IMG/VR virus record: IMGVR_UViG_2645727948_000011
Direction: 5' to 3' (one strand)
DNA length: 64,000 nt
DNA from: a virus
Taxonomy: Duplodnaviria; Heunggongvirae; Uroviricota; Caudoviricetes
The translations under genes were made by a program, and so were the position numbers. Positions 9,145 to 22,769 of this stretch are shown here, piece after piece. The notes beneath the pieces were generated by a model that saw only the letters and a program-made list of their open reading frames with translations, did no database searches and was not told where the DNA came from. The stretch's first letter is position 1, and every line of letters begins with the position of its first letter.

Positions 9145-10239
9145 TCACGAGAAACTCTTTTCTGATGTCAGCCAACAGTGCTCGTGCATATCTCTTGGTG
9201 GTTTTTCGACAAATGCCTCTTCAGCCACATCCTGCCAGGGGATTTGTTTAGCCCATTCAGCTATAGCGTTATGGTTTGCCGAGAATAACGGTATTGTATA
9301 GGCCTTCAGCCAGTCTAATGTGCTGGAGTTGTGTTTTTTAGCGTGATGTTTCGCATGGTGTTTGGCGATCACGATCGTAGGCACTACCCATTTACTACCG
9401 TCAGTCATTGTGAAGTGCATATTACGGGGAACAGATGACTTTTCCATCAACTCCCGAATCCCGGGGAATTTCCCCAAGATCAATCGGCGATATTCATCGC
9501 TATTGCGCCCACCAAACTCTTTGGCTTTGAATTCAAGATATGCTTCAGAAACGAGAGGTGAATCCTCTGTGTTTAGAGTTATCGCCGTGAAAAAACCAGC
9601 AGGATTGTTTTTACTATGGGCCAACCGGTGATGCGAATCATAAAAGTACCCTTTCTCGCGTTCCGATGGTTTCGACAGCAACAGCAGGCGCGAGTCATAA
9701 TTGGTTAAATTGCCAGTTATCACTGCATGAGCGCGATCGCTGATTTCCGCCGAGTTAATAACGATGAAAAGATCGTGCGGTCCAGTAAAACCAGCCAGAG
9801 ACTCTTCGTTATTCAGACAATAGGTTATATAGACGCATCCCCATGTTTCACTGATATGCACCAACCCTTTGTCAGGGTGTATTCTGAAATAATTGCCAAG
9901 AAAAGGGTGTTTTTGGGTAACTCGCTCCCAATAACGGAACATATAGTCAATTATTGTTTTTCGACTATCGTTAATCGCAGGAGAAACAACCACTGTACGG
10001 GAGCACGAATACAGTATTGTTTGCAGGATGCTAATCACTGCCACAATAGAGGTTTCCCCAATACCATGTGGTGTGGTGGCAGTGACTTTGGCTCCGGTGT
10101 TCTTTATCGAGTTAATAATTTTTGCTTGATGAGGTGTTAACTCAATATCAAGCAACTCTTTTGCTGCCAGTTCCCAATTGTCTTTATACCGTTCTATCAG
10201 TGCTAACCAGGCAGATTCATTCTGTATACGATTAATCAC
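9145..10239 (-). CDS. terminase large-subunit paralogue: ATPase-domain homologue with degenerate Walker motifs, no nuclease domain
   Basis: Aligns by eye to the N-terminal ~300 aa of PacB (29477..30961): shared ITGxLT, RxLLLSxPxxxxGYFYDxHH, TAITLNxExSPLV; Walker A GHGTGKS becomes PHGIGETS, Walker B IIDEAS becomes VINSAE; His-rich C-terminus HHAKHHAKKH. Confidence 0.7.
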   Translation of the reverse strand: MINRIQNESAWLALIERYKDNWELAAKELLDIELTPHQAKIINSIKNTGAKVTATTPHGIGETSIVAVISILQTILYSCSRTVVVSPAINDSRKTIIDYMFRYWERVTQKHPFLGNYFRIHPDKGLVHISETWGCVYITYCLNNEESLAGFTGPHDLFIVINSAEISDRAHAVITGNLTNYDSRLLLLSKPSEREKGYFYDSHHRLAHSKNNPAGFFTAITLNTEDSPLVSEAYLEFKAKEFGGRNSDEYRRLILGKFPGIRELMEKSSVPRNMHFTMTDGSKWVVPTIVIAKHHAKHHAKKHNSSTLDWLKAYTIPLFSANHNAIAEWAKQIPWQDVAEEAFVEKPPRDMHEHCWLTSEKSFS

Positions 10240-11019
10240 TTTCCACCTCTTCCGTGGTGTTTTCTTGCAGTTCTGTTAATGCAGCACGACATAGGTTCCG
10301 GGCATTGGCTATAGCCACACTTTTGACTTCATCCGTCATCGTGCAGGTAATGTACTGATCGAGTTCTTCAGCGCGGATGATGCTTTTGCCAATCAGAAAC
10401 TGTATTTGCCATAGCAGATCGGCATCCATAATCAGAATTTCTGCCGGGCCTTCAGGGCCAGCCGGGAAGGAAACATAAGACTGTTTGCCCAGGCCGACAA
10501 CTCGACAACTTGCTTCAAGAATTGCGCGCTTGAGGTCTGACTTTATAACGGAAACAGGTTGATTTTCACCAGTGATTACGCCGTTGACATGGAAAGGCAT
10601 GTAGCTTGAAATACGCTCCACTTTCCACACGCCAGCAAGCGATCCTTCATGCAGCACAATGGGGGTAACCGCGAGTTTCATCTCACCATATAACTGCTGG
10701 CAGATAGCTGGATTGCTGAATACATCTAAAGGCTCACATTCAAACAGCGGCGCAATCTGCATGAGGTCCATCATGGTCATCCCTGGGGTACGAGCAGTAA
10801 TGAATTTGCGCATACCAGTATCCATTGCGCTCCAGATTGCTACACCATGCTTTTTGCTCACTTCTTCAGTAAAGCCAAGGTGGCACATGATGGTTTTTTC
10901 GATAGCCAGATCGGAGATAGAAACCTTTTCGCCAGGTACACCATCATTATTGATGGTCACTTCGACACTCTGGCCATTACGCAGGCGGTATTGAATTGTT
11001 TTAGTATTTTGTGCTGCCA
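10232..11019 (-). CDS. hypothetical protein (partner of the terminase paralogue)
   Basis: 262 aa from ATG at 11017-11019 (MAAQNTK...); 8-nt overlap with the downstream gene; no recognisable motif. Confidence 0.55.
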
Positions 11020-11034
11020 TAGTCTTTTCTCTGC

Positions 11035-11217
11035 TTAAAAACTGATGTATTGCGCCTTCAGGTGGGTCAGGAATGTTTTCCCACCAGCGAAAGCAATATC
11101 TCGGGGTGTTCTGTTCGTTAAAAACGCGTTCCATTGCCAACTTTGGCGTTTTTTAGCGAGTTCGTGCTTTTGTTGGCGTTTGGACCACCGCTTTTCTTTC
11201 AGTCGTTTTTTACTCAT
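11035..11217 (-). CDS. small basic protein
   Basis: 60-aa Lys/Arg-rich ORF between ssb and the 262-aa gene. Confidence 0.35.
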   Translation of the reverse strand: MSKKRLKEKRWSKRQQKHELAKKRQSWQWNAFLTNRTPRDIAFAGGKTFLTHLKAQYISF

Positions 11218-11222
11218 AAACT

Positions 11223-11711
11223 CTAAAACGGAATATCGTCTTCAAAGTCCATTGGAGGTTCGTTATTGGCGCTGCTCTGAGGTTTGCCACCACCGCTGTA
11301 TTGCTGGTGGTTTTGAGGTTGGTTTGACTGCCCCCAGCCATTTGAGGACTGTGAATCGTCGCGGCGAGCGCCGATCATTTGCATGGTGCCGCCCTGGCTG
11401 ACGATAATTTCCGTCGTGTAACGTTCTACACCGGCGTCATCTGTCCACTTACGGGTTTTAAGTTTCCCTTCGATGTAGACCTGAGAACCTTTTTGTAAAT
11501 ACTCACTCGCAATTTCAGCAAGTTTTCCGAACAAAACGACTTTATGCCATTCTGTTTGCTCTTTCTGTTGGCCCGTTTGCTTATCGCGCCATGATTCATT
11601 CGTTGCGATGCTGAGTCTTCCGACTGCGCCGCCATTTGGTATATACCTGATCTCCGGGTCTTGCCCCAGGGTACCAATCAGGATGACTTTGTTTACACCG
11701 CGTTGTGCCAC
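11223..11711 (-). CDS. ssb: single-stranded DNA-binding protein
   Basis: [23 protein letters not shown]...[12 protein letters not shown]...acidic tail DDIPF: canonical SSB OB-fold and C-terminal tip; GTG start. Confidence 0.95.
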   Translation of the reverse strand: MAQRGVNKVILIGTLGQDPEIRYIPNGGAVGRLSIATNESWRDKQTGQQKEQTEWHKVVLFGKLAEIASEYLQKGSQVYIEGKLKTRKWTDDAGVERYTTEIIVSQGGTMQMIGARRDDSQSSNGWGQSNQPQNHQQYSGGGKPQSSANNEPPMDFEDDIPF

Positions 11712-11730
11712 TTTTCTTACCTAATAAAAT

Positions 11731-11747
11731 AAATTAATTAGAGCAAT
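11731..11747 (-). promoter_or_regulatory. C1 operator-like site upstream of ssb
   Basis: Reverse complement ATTGCTCTAATTAATTT against remembered consensus ATTGCTCTAATAAATTT. Confidence 0.6.
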
Positions 11748-11880
11748 AATGTATATCTTTGAAACGTGGCTAACAAGTGATTTGCATTATCCTGTACCTT
11801 CTAAAGGGATCGAGTCAGTCGGTATTGGCTGTGAATGAGTGTTTGTCCTGGAGCGTAAAAAATTCGCTTATGAGGTCTTT

Positions 11881-12438
11881 ATGAAGGGAAAAACAGCCGC
11901 AGGAGGCGGTGCAATTTGCGCTATCGCGGTGATGATTACCATCGTGATGGGTAATGGCAATGTGCGAACCAACCAGGCGGGGCTTGAGCTGATTGGTAAC
12001 GCTGAAGGTTGCCGACGTGATCCATACATGTGCCCGGCGGGGGTATGGACTGACGGGATCGGTAATACACACGGGGTAACGCCGGGTGTGCGAAAAACCG
12101 ACCAGCAAATCGCCGCTGATTGGGAAAAGAATATCCTGATCGCTGAACGCTGTATTAATCAGCACTTCCGGGGCAAAGACATGCCCGATAATGCCTTCAG
12201 TGCAATGACAAGCGCGGCATTCAATATGGGATGCAATAGCTTACGGACCTACTACAGCAAAGCGCGAGGCATGCGAGTAGAAACGTCCATCCACAAGTGG
12301 GCGCAGAAAGGGGAATGGGTGAATATGTGTAATCATCTCCCTGATTTCGTGAACAGTAACGGCGTGCCCCTGCGAGGTTTAAAGATTCGCCGTGAAAAAG
12401 AACGCCAGCTTTGCCTGACGGGGCTTGTCAATGAATAA
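11881..12438 (+). CDS. lyz: SAR-type endolysin (lysozyme)
   Basis: MKGKTAAGGGAICAIAVMITIVMG (Gly/Ala-rich signal-anchor-release segment) then lysozyme-like core; 185 aa; GAGGT RBS. Confidence 0.9.
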   Translation: MKGKTAAGGGAICAIAVMITIVMGNGNVRTNQAGLELIGNAEGCRRDPYMCPAGVWTDGIGNTHGVTPGVRKTDQQIAADWEKNILIAERCINQHFRGKDMPDNAFSAMTSAAFNMGCNSLRTYYSKARGMRVETSIHKWAQKGEWVNMCNHLPDFVNSNGVPLRGLKIRREKERQLCLTGLVNE

Positions 12439-12729
12439 ACTCCGGCAGCTCCGCCGACTTTCGACAATGAAGTTATCGCTGGCGGCGATAGTTTTTGACT
12501 CGATTTTCATGGCGGTATATGTGCTCAATGAGACGTGGCCACTGGAACCGCTATTGTATGCCGGGCTTCGGCTGTGCCTGACATTTTTGAGCATGGCTGC
12601 GAGATTGATGCAGCAGAAAGAAACCGCTTCAGATTGTCCACGCCGCGCGGTGCGCAAATATATGGCACGAAGGCGAAGGCGATAATAGTTAACGAGAACC
12701 CCGGCAGCTGCCGGGGTTATTTTTGGTGG

Positions 12730-15460
<2,731 letters not shown>

Positions 15461-15527
15461 TTAATTAGAATAATTCGCATCGTGTTTGAACGGAAATTTA
15501 ACACTAGTCACTTGTTAAGGATTACCA

Positions 15528-18500
15528 ATGAACAAGCTATCTATGGGGGTGTTTCGCTGTTCAAGTGTCAGCGAAATATTGAAATACATTAGGGCAATAA
15601 CATCTCACCGAGCGCCGATTAAATACGGCGTGGAAAAGGTGGAAGGCAAAAGCTATGACCGACTGCGCCGTGAGGCGAATCAGAAGGCGATAGATTTGCT
15701 TAATTCGCTGGTGGACGGCGCGACACTGACAGATGAACAGCGCCAGATCCTGGCTGGGTACACCGGTGAAGGCGGCATTGGCGGGTCCGTCTCCGAATAT
15801 TACACACCAAAGCCGATCGCTGAAGGTGTCTGGGAGATCATGAAGCTCTACGGCGCGGACGTAGGTAACACTCTGGAACCATCGGCGGGAACCGGCGTTT
15901 TTAATGAGACAAAACCGGTTGGTACGGTGATGACCGCGACTGAGATCAGCAGTGTTTCCGGTCGTATAAACCAGCTGTTGCACCCGGAAGACAGCGTACA
16001 GATTTCTCCGTTCGAACAACTGGCTGTAAGCACGCCTAACGATTCATTCGACCATGTTGTGGGTAACGTTCCGTTCGGTGGTCGTGATAACACACGCAAC
16101 ATCGATAAGCCTTACGCAGAAGAAACGGACATGGGTTCTTACTTCATGCTCCGCATGCTGGACAAGATAAAGCCAGGCGGATTCATGTGCGTGATTGTGC
16201 CGCCGTCCATTGTTTCAGGTTCAAACATGAAGCGGTTACGCCTGCGCCTATCACGGAAAGCTGAATTTCTTGGTGCCCACCGCTTGCCTACCGGTACTTT
16301 TGACGCAAACGGGACCAGTACAGTTGTTGATGTGGTGCTGATGCGCAAACATCCGGCAGAGATGGCTGAGAAAATCCCCCTGGTGGATGAAAGCACTCTC
16401 GAATCGGCAAATGTGCTTTGGCCAACGTTTATTTCTGGCAAGTGGTTTGAAAAGGACGGCCGCCGGTTTGTTCATGGCACCCAGGAAAAGGGCTTCCAGG
16501 GGCGTATTGAGGTTCGTGCCGACGGTCAGATTGATAACCAGGCTCTTAAAGCGAAGCTGATTCATCGTTTCGAAAGCCGTATCGACTGGTCTTTGCTCGA
16601 TATGGCTGAACCGTCACCGACCGCAGACGTTGTTGGTGAAGGGGAAATGCGCCTGATTAATGGCGTATGGCAAAAATATGCTGGTGGTCGCTGGATTGAA
16701 GCTGATGCCGGGAAGGAACTTAAGATCGATGCTGCCAGTTATGGCGCGGATAGCTGGGAGGCTCTTCAGCGTAACCTGACTACAACAGAAGGCCGTCTCG
16801 GCATGACATTTACCCAGATGGCAAATGTCCGCGATAAGTACACCACATCAATCAGCGACGATATGGTGCAGCTGGTGGACTGGATTAACAGCCAGCCTGA
16901 AAAATACCGTGAACGCTTGTATCGCGGGGCGATGATTGGCCGGATGTTAATTGAATATCAGGACATGAAGGCCGCCGGGCATAGTGCTGAACAAATCGAA
17001 CAGCAGCGCCTTTCTCTGGTATCCCGTTTGCAGGCAGAGATTGACCGTTTTGGTAACCCTGGTCGCGGTCCGATAGCTAAATTATCGGGAAGCGGTGCGC
17101 GCGCCTGGTTTGCTTTCCGTGGTGCAATTAAGCTGGATGGCACTATTTCTGACGAGCTGACAGGAAAGCTGGTTACGCATGATTCCAGCGCCAGTTATGA
17201 CTCCACCAGCTATCAGGACACCCTGCGTTATCTCTATAGCGATCTTACCCGCGATCCAATCCAGCTCGATGATTTCCGCCTTGCGTTTACCGGCGAATTG
17301 CCAGCCAGTGATGAAGAGTTGCTTAATTTATTGGCCAGCACTCCTGGTATTGCGGTTTCACCGTATGGCGGGATTGTTCCGTTCGCCCGCGCCACCAGCG
17401 GCGACATTAACGAGATAGTGGCTCCAAAACAGGAATTCCTCGCCACGCTCCCCGACGGTCCAGTAAAGAACAACGTCCTTAATCAGCTGGCAGCGATCGA
17501 AGAGAAGCGCATCAAGACGCCAGCAGAGAATATCCGCTTTAAGCTCAATAGCCGTTGGTTCGACCGTTCCGTCATTCTGGAGTTTTTGCAGGAAAACGGC
17601 TATCCGGATCTGCGCTATGTGCAGTCAGTGCAGCTGGAAGGCGACGAAATGGTTTCTGACACCTATCACGGTGGTGATGGCCTGTTCGTCGGGCACCGAT
17701 ACGGTGTCGTCCAGCGCAAGGATAAAGAAACAGGCGAGATCCGCTACGAGTGGGACCGTAAATCAGGTGAAAACGCGACCGGGTTCCCGGCACAGCTGGA
17801 AAAGTATCTCAATGGTGCGCGTATCGGTGGCAAAGATAGCGCGACGGCGAACGGCTACCGCGAGCAGATGGCACTGCTTGAGGACCAGTTCAATAAGTGG
17901 ATCAAGACGCACGATCGCTACGATGAGCTGGTTGCCAAATACAACGATGTGTTCAATAGCAATATCCCGTATGAACACTCTGGCGATCCGCTTGGGTTGA
18001 AGGGATTAAGCGGTAAGCGACAGCCATTTGATTACCAGAATAGCGAGGTGCGCCGACTGTCCGAAGATGGGCGCGGCATCCTGGGCTTCGGTACCGGGCT
18101 GGGTAAAACCACGACCGCGCTGGCGCTTGAGGCGTTCAACTATGAGAACGGTCGTTCCACCCGTACTGCGTATGTAGTGCCTAAATCAGTGCTGGAAAAC
18201 TGGTATTACGAAGCAAAAGAGTTCCTGAGTGAAGAGGCATTCAGTAACTACCTGTTCGTCGGTCTTGATGTGCTGATGGATGGCGATCAGATTCGCCAGG
18301 TGCCGGTGCTCAATGAGAACGGTAAACCTGTTCTTGGTACTGATGGCACTCCAGTTATGCGCGATGCTCTTAAGCTGGCAGATGAAGCCACTATCACGGC
18401 GCGGATGAACGCGATCCCGCACTCAAATTACCGTGCAGTCGTGTTTACCAAAGAACAATACGCCCGCATTCCGCTACGTGATGACACCGTAGATGAGCAT

Positions 18501-21500
18501 GCACAGGATATGCTTTATGACTTCGTTGCTGCCGGGCGCGTAGCCAGCGCAATGGACTCCGACTCCCACCGCAAAGAGGCCGCGCGTCGCCGGGTATTGT
18601 CGGAGTATTCAGATACCGGCACCGAAAAAGCAGAGAAGTATCCGTACTTTGAGGATATGGGCTTCGATAGTGTGATCGCCGACGAAGGTCACAACTACCG
18701 CAATAGCTATAAAAATGGTCGCGAAGCGTCACAACTGGCCTATCTGCCCACCAGCGCGGTGGCGCAATCGGCGCGGGATATGGCAATCAAAAACGCGTAC
18801 TTGATGAAAAAGAATGGCGGGCGCGGGCCGGTTCTCCTGACTGCAACGCCAGTCGTTAACACCCCGATCGATGCATACAACATGCTTTCTCATGTTCTGC
18901 CGAAGGAATACTGGCAGAAGATGGGGATCTACGGTCCTGATGACTTCGTTAAATTCTTCGGCAAGACCAGGCTGGAAACGGTACAGAAAATCAGCGGTGA
19001 AGTTGAAGAAAAAATGGCGCTGGTGGGCTTTGAAAACCTTGATGCGCTGCGCGGCATATTCCATCGCTGGACAACGCTTAAAACGGCGGAAGACGTTAAG
19101 GATACCGTGGAGATCCCGGAACTGGACGAACACCAGCAGGATGCACCACTTACGGAAGAACAACTGGCGGCGTATGAAGAATTGCGTCAGCAGGCGGAAG
19201 CGGCAGCCAAAGCCAACAATGGCGTAACGACCTCGGTCAATGAAGACGGCGTGATTGAGCACGAGAAAGCCCGTCCGATCTTCTCAATAATCAGGGATAT
19301 GGACCGCGTATGTACTGACATGGACCTGTACTATCGCAGGATCACCTATCGTTTCCTGCCGGAGTACGCCGATGCGGTGCAGCAGCTGGCGGACAGTTTG
19401 CCTAAACAAGCCACCAGCGAAGACGACGACAGTGATGATTCGATCACGCAGCAATCGCAATACTCCCTGATAGATAAGGGCGAGTTTATTCAGTTGCAGG
19501 TACCGGAAGCATTTGAGCAGGAAGTGAATAAGCGCCTGGCCAAGTTTGGCATTGACGAACAGACCGTAACTCACCCCGTTACGCCCAAATACGCGAAGCT
19601 GATTGCCACGCTGAAGGAGTTTTTCCCGGAAGGTAAGCAAATCATCTTCACCGATGAAAAAACGCAACACCAGAAGCTCAAGCGCATTATCTGCAATGCT
19701 CTTAACCTTGAACCTTCAAAGGTGGGGATCCTGAATGCTCAGACGGTTGCCGAGGCAGGTAAAACCGGTAAGAAACTGAAAGCGGTTAAACCGCCGAAAG
19801 AGCTACCGGATGAACCAACAGATGCACAGATAGCGAAATACAACGAGCAAATGGCTCTGTATGACGCCTATATCGCGCAGCAAAATGAAATGTCGCTGGG
19901 TGGGCTGGAAAAGATTGCTGCCGACTTCCAGGAGGGCCGGACTCCGATCATCATCTGCAACAAAAAGGCAGAGGTGGGTATCAACCTGCATCGAGGAACG
20001 ACTGACATCCATCATCTGACGTTGCCATGGACACCAGCCAGTATCGCACAGCGTAACGGTCGCGGTGCCCGAGTTGGCTCCAACCGTGCAAGCGTTCGCG
20101 TTCACTACTACTGCGGCAAGGGTTCTTTCGATGAATACCGACTGAAGACGCTGAAGCGTAAAGCAGGCTGGATCTCCGATATCCTCCGTTCAGATAAGTC
20201 AGAAATGGAGAACGCCGACGCCAACGATATGATCGAAATGCAGATGTATACCGCTAAGGATGATGGCGAACGTCTGGCAATGATGCAGGTTCAAATGGAT
20301 AAGGCGAAAGCCGCGCAACGCGCTCGCCAGAAAGAACAGGCTACTATCGACCTTCAGAACTACATCAAGGCGCAGCACGCAGCTGGCGAGGATGTGGAGG
20401 TACTTACCGCTGAATTAGAGCGAAGCAAAGCGGAACTTGAAAAGACCACCGCCGACGTCGCCAAATTCAAACAGGCGGTAATGGCCAAAGCAGCTGATAA
20501 CGCAGACTGGAAAGCCCGCTGGGGTAGCGTCCATCACACAGACCGTACGTTGTTAGCACAGTATCGCGCGTCGTTGAAAAGCGCCATTCAGCGCAAGGCT
20601 AATATCTCTCAAGCCATCTCCCGCTATGAGAAATTATTGAACCGTACTCAGAAGGCCGCGACGGATATCAAACGCCTGCGCCCGCTGGTGGAGGATGCAA
20701 TAAATAAAGGCATTCTGGATGTTGATCCTGATCTGGTTAACCATGCGAATGAGTTCCTTGTTATCGGCGATCGCTCATGGCGTGTAGGCCAATACTACGA
20801 TTGTGCCGGTGATATCGTTCGCATTAAGTCGCTGGGCTTCGACAGCCAGCGCGCAGACGTGGAGATCATCTTTACCTTCAAAGGCACCAAATCGGGTAAC
20901 TGGGATGTGAAGACGCTGGATAAACAGGTTGATGTAACTCCCGATGAAGATGCTGTTATGCAGAAAATCAGTGGTGGCGTCTCCATCGCCGGGATTAACG
21001 ACATCATTTCCTGTGACGATTTCTACCGTTTCCAGCAGCGCGGCATGATCAAAATCACTGACTCATACGGCGTTCAGACTACAGAGTCAGGCTATAGCAT
21101 TGATTTTGTTGGTACCTATACGGACCCACTGAAGCATGCGGTTTACCCGGATCGCCGTGACGGCGCGCTGAAGTCGTCAATTGCAAAATGGGTGCTTGGT
21201 ATGATGTCGGAAGGGAATAACCGCCAGATCCGTTCGGCAGAAACATTCCTGGTTGAACTGTTTGGCTCCAATTATGGCGATGTAATCGCGTCATACGGAG
21301 ATACGCTATCCCCTGAAGCAATTCAGGAGAAAATAGCGGATGCGATCGCCAGAATGCCGGAAAAAACAAGCCAGGGGGCTACTCGTAACGGGGATTCTGA
21401 ACTTGAAGTCACCAATGCCATTTTCGGTACCAATGAGTTCCGGGCGTCAGATTATGAGATCACCACAGCACAGTTTGGCACCATTGGCATTTACAGCAAT

Positions 21501-22295
21501 AAAGACGAGATCAAACAGTCAATGGACGCTGCAAGCGCGCGCATTGCAGCAGAACGCAAAGCCAATCTGAATCATGCAGTTTCCGCGCTGACTCAATCGT
21601 GGGTAACAGCAATCAGGGAGGCCGCCACCACAGGAAAAATCACACCGGCAATTGCGGATGTCGTAAACGACGGCTCTAAATTTATGGATGCCTATAAAAT
21701 GGATGCGGTGCAGTTGCCATCAGCCTATGGTCAACTCAGCTATCGCATGACCTACAACCTGGTATCAATGTTTTCCGACCTTGCCATCCTTGGGCTGGTG
21801 GATCTTAACGAGGTTACGCCGGAATTGCTCAGCATGCGCAAGAATCATGTGGAGATATTGCAGAGAATTAACACGGTTCTTGCCGGGCGCACCGATGAAG
21901 AGAAACAGGCCGACGCTGATCGGATAAACCTGGCCCTTGGCAACATCACGGAGGAAGAGATTGCCGCCAGAAACGAGAAACAAGAAGAGTTATCATCAAT
22001 ACAGGGTGATGCCACCAGCATAGCTCAGTCTCTTGGTCTGAATTATCGCGTATCCACCGCCGACCTGAAGATGATGTACGCACCAAAATTCGCCGCTGGC
22101 GAGGTATTTGGGCTTCAGGAAGCCTCAGGCATGAAAGGCGTTCTTTTCCGTGCGAAAGACGCAATCAAGGCGAAATTCGGCGCTCGCTGGCTGCCAGCGA
22201 AGGCGAAGAACAGCGATTTCCCGGGTAACTGGTGGATTATCGAGACAAAACACAACGTGGCGGACGTTCTGGCCGTCATCCAACAATACGCATAA
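15528..22295 (+). CDS. darB: DarB antirestriction protein: N6-adenine methyltransferase fused to SF2 helicase
   Basis: 2255 aa; amino-MTase motif VVGNVPFGG near aa 180; helicase Walker A GFGTGLGKTTTALA and DEAH-like VIADEGHNY; length matches my recollection of P1 DarB. Confidence 0.9.
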   Translation: MNKLSMGVFRCSSVSEILKYIRAITSHRAPIKYGVEKVEGKSYDRLRREANQKAIDLLNSLVDGATLTDEQRQILAGYTGEGGIGGSVSEYYTPKPIAEGVWEIMKLYGADVGNTLEPSAGTGVFNETKPVGTVMTATEISSVSGRINQLLHPEDSVQISPFEQLAVSTPNDSFDHVVGNVPFGGRDNTRNIDKPYAEETDMGSYFMLRMLDKIKPGGFMCVIVPPSIVSGSNMKRLRLRLSRKAEFLGAHRLPTGTFDANGTSTVVDVVLMRKHPAEMAEKIPLVDESTLESANVLWPTFISGKWFEKDGRRFVHGTQEKGFQGRIEVRADGQIDNQALKAKLIHRFESRIDWSLLDMAEPSPTADVVGEGEMRLINGVWQKYAGGRWIEADAGKELKIDAASYGADSWEALQRNLTTTEGRLGMTFTQMANVRDKYTTSISDDMVQLVDWINSQPEKYRERLYRGAMIGRMLIEYQDMKAAGHSAEQIEQQRLSLVSRLQAEIDRFGNPGRGPIAKLSGSGARAWFAFRGAIKLDGTISDELTGKLVTHDSSASYDSTSYQDTLRYLYSDLTRDPIQLDDFRLAFTGELPASDEELLNLLASTPGIAVSPYGGIVPFARATSGDINEIVAPKQEFLATLPDGPVKNNVLNQLAAIEEKRIKTPAENIRFKLNSRWFDRSVILEFLQENGYPDLRYVQSVQLEGDEMVSDTYHGGDGLFVGHRYGVVQRKDKETGEIRYEWDRKSGENATGFPAQLEKYLNGARIGGKDSATANGYREQMALLEDQFNKWIKTHDRYDELVAKYNDVFNSNIPYEHSGDPLGLKGLSGKRQPFDYQNSEVRRLSEDGRGILGFGTGLGKTTTALALEAFNYENGRSTRTAYVVPKSVLENWYYEAKEFLSEEAFSNYLFVGLDVLMDGDQIRQVPVLNENGKPVLGTDGTPVMRDALKLADEATITARMNAIPHSNYRAVVFTKEQYARIPLRDDTVDEHAQDMLYDFVAAGRVASAMDSDSHRKEAARRRVLSEYSDTGTEKAEKYPYFEDMGFDSVIADEGHNYRNSYKNGREASQLAYLPTSAVAQSARDMAIKNAYLMKKNGGRGPVLLTATPVVNTPIDAYNMLSHVLPKEYWQKMGIYGPDDFVKFFGKTRLETVQKISGEVEEKMALVGFENLDALRGIFHRWTTLKTAEDVKDTVEIPELDEHQQDAPLTEEQLAAYEELRQQAEAAAKANNGVTTSVNEDGVIEHEKARPIFSIIRDMDRVCTDMDLYYRRITYRFLPEYADAVQQLADSLPKQATSEDDDSDDSITQQSQYSLIDKGEFIQLQVPEAFEQEVNKRLAKFGIDEQTVTHPVTPKYAKLIATLKEFFPEGKQIIFTDEKTQHQKLKRIICNALNLEPSKVGILNAQTVAEAGKTGKKLKAVKPPKELPDEPTDAQIAKYNEQMALYDAYIAQQNEMSLGGLEKIAADFQEGRTPIIICNKKAEVGINLHRGTTDIHHLTLPWTPASIAQRNGRGARVGSNRASVRVHYYCGKGSFDEYRLKTLKRKAGWISDILRSDKSEMENADANDMIEMQMYTAKDDGERLAMMQVQMDKAKAAQRARQKEQATIDLQNYIKAQHAAGEDVEVLTAELERSKAELEKTTADVAKFKQAVMAKAADNADWKARWGSVHHTDRTLLAQYRASLKSAIQRKANISQAISRYEKLLNRTQKAATDIKRLRPLVEDAINKGILDVDPDLVNHANEFLVIGDRSWRVGQYYDCAGDIVRIKSLGFDSQRADVEIIFTFKGTKSGNWDVKTLDKQVDVTPDEDAVMQKISGGVSIAGINDIISCDDFYRFQQRGMIKITDSYGVQTTESGYSIDFVGTYTDPLKHAVYPDRRDGALKSSIAKWVLGMMSEGNNRQIRSAETFLVELFGSNYGDVIASYGDTLSPEAIQEKIADAIARMPEKTSQGATRNGDSELEVTNAIFGTNEFRASDYEITTAQFGTIGIYSNKDEIKQSMDAASARIAAERKANLNHAVSALTQSWVTAIREAATTGKITPAIADVVNDGSKFMDAYKMDAVQLPSAYGQLSYRMTYNLVSMFSDLAILGLVDLNEVTPELLSMRKNHVEILQRINTVLAGRTDEEKQADADRINLALGNITEEEIAARNEKQEELSSIQGDATSIAQSLGLNYRVSTADLKMMYAPKFAAGEVFGLQEASGMKGVLFRAKDAIKAKFGARWLPAKAKNSDFPGNWWIIETKHNVADVLAVIQQYA

Positions 22296-22328
22296 CAGGA
22301 GCGCCCGGTTCGCCGGGCGTCGCATAAT

Positions 22329-22769
22329 ATGGCCACACTATCTGATACAATAAAACCGAATAAAACATATCTTGAGGCGGTACTCCGTACAGCGTTGTTA
22401 GGAAAGACAGAAGACGAATACGTTGATTTCTTCCTGTCAGGGCTACGCGGGCGATTACTGAAAAATCCCCGCCTGTACCGCAGCTATGGTCCATACTGGC
22501 CGGAAATTAAAAAATTATTACTGGAGCGCGGTTATGGTAATTTCGGTCGTCTCGTTGACCGTGACGTTCGCAAAATTTACCGTTATGACCGCCCGGCGCT
22601 AACACTCATAGCCGCGACGCTCTACAGCCAGGAGCGTTTTGATAATGGTCAGATATACTCAGCCTGGCATTTACTGCCAGTGCCTGAAGAGGTTGACGAC
22701 CAGGACTATGAGTTTGAGTCTTACGATTTGGAAGTTGAAGCCTTGGCACAGGCTGGAGAGAAAACTTGA
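22329..22769 (+). CDS. ulx: Ulx-like Dar-system protein
   Basis: 146-aa ORF directly after darB, 4-nt overlap with lxc; positional. Confidence 0.5.
   Translation: MATLSDTIKPNKTYLEAVLRTALLGKTEDEYVDFFLSGLRGRLLKNPRLYRSYGPYWPEIKKLLLERGYGNFGRLVDRDVRKIYRYDRPALTLIAATLYSQERFDNGQIYSAWHLLPVPEEVDDQDYEFESYDLEVEALAQAGEKT

Noticed and set aside
9145-11711. IS1 or other transposase expected near ssb by P1 synteny
   Set aside because: No transposase-like ORF or terminal inverted repeats anywhere in the window.
15561-22336. Numerous antisense or out-of-frame ORFs inside darB (e.g. 15561..16019, 18729..19262, 19284..19670)
   Set aside because: Fully contained within the continuous 2255-aa darB frame; no RBS or motif support.
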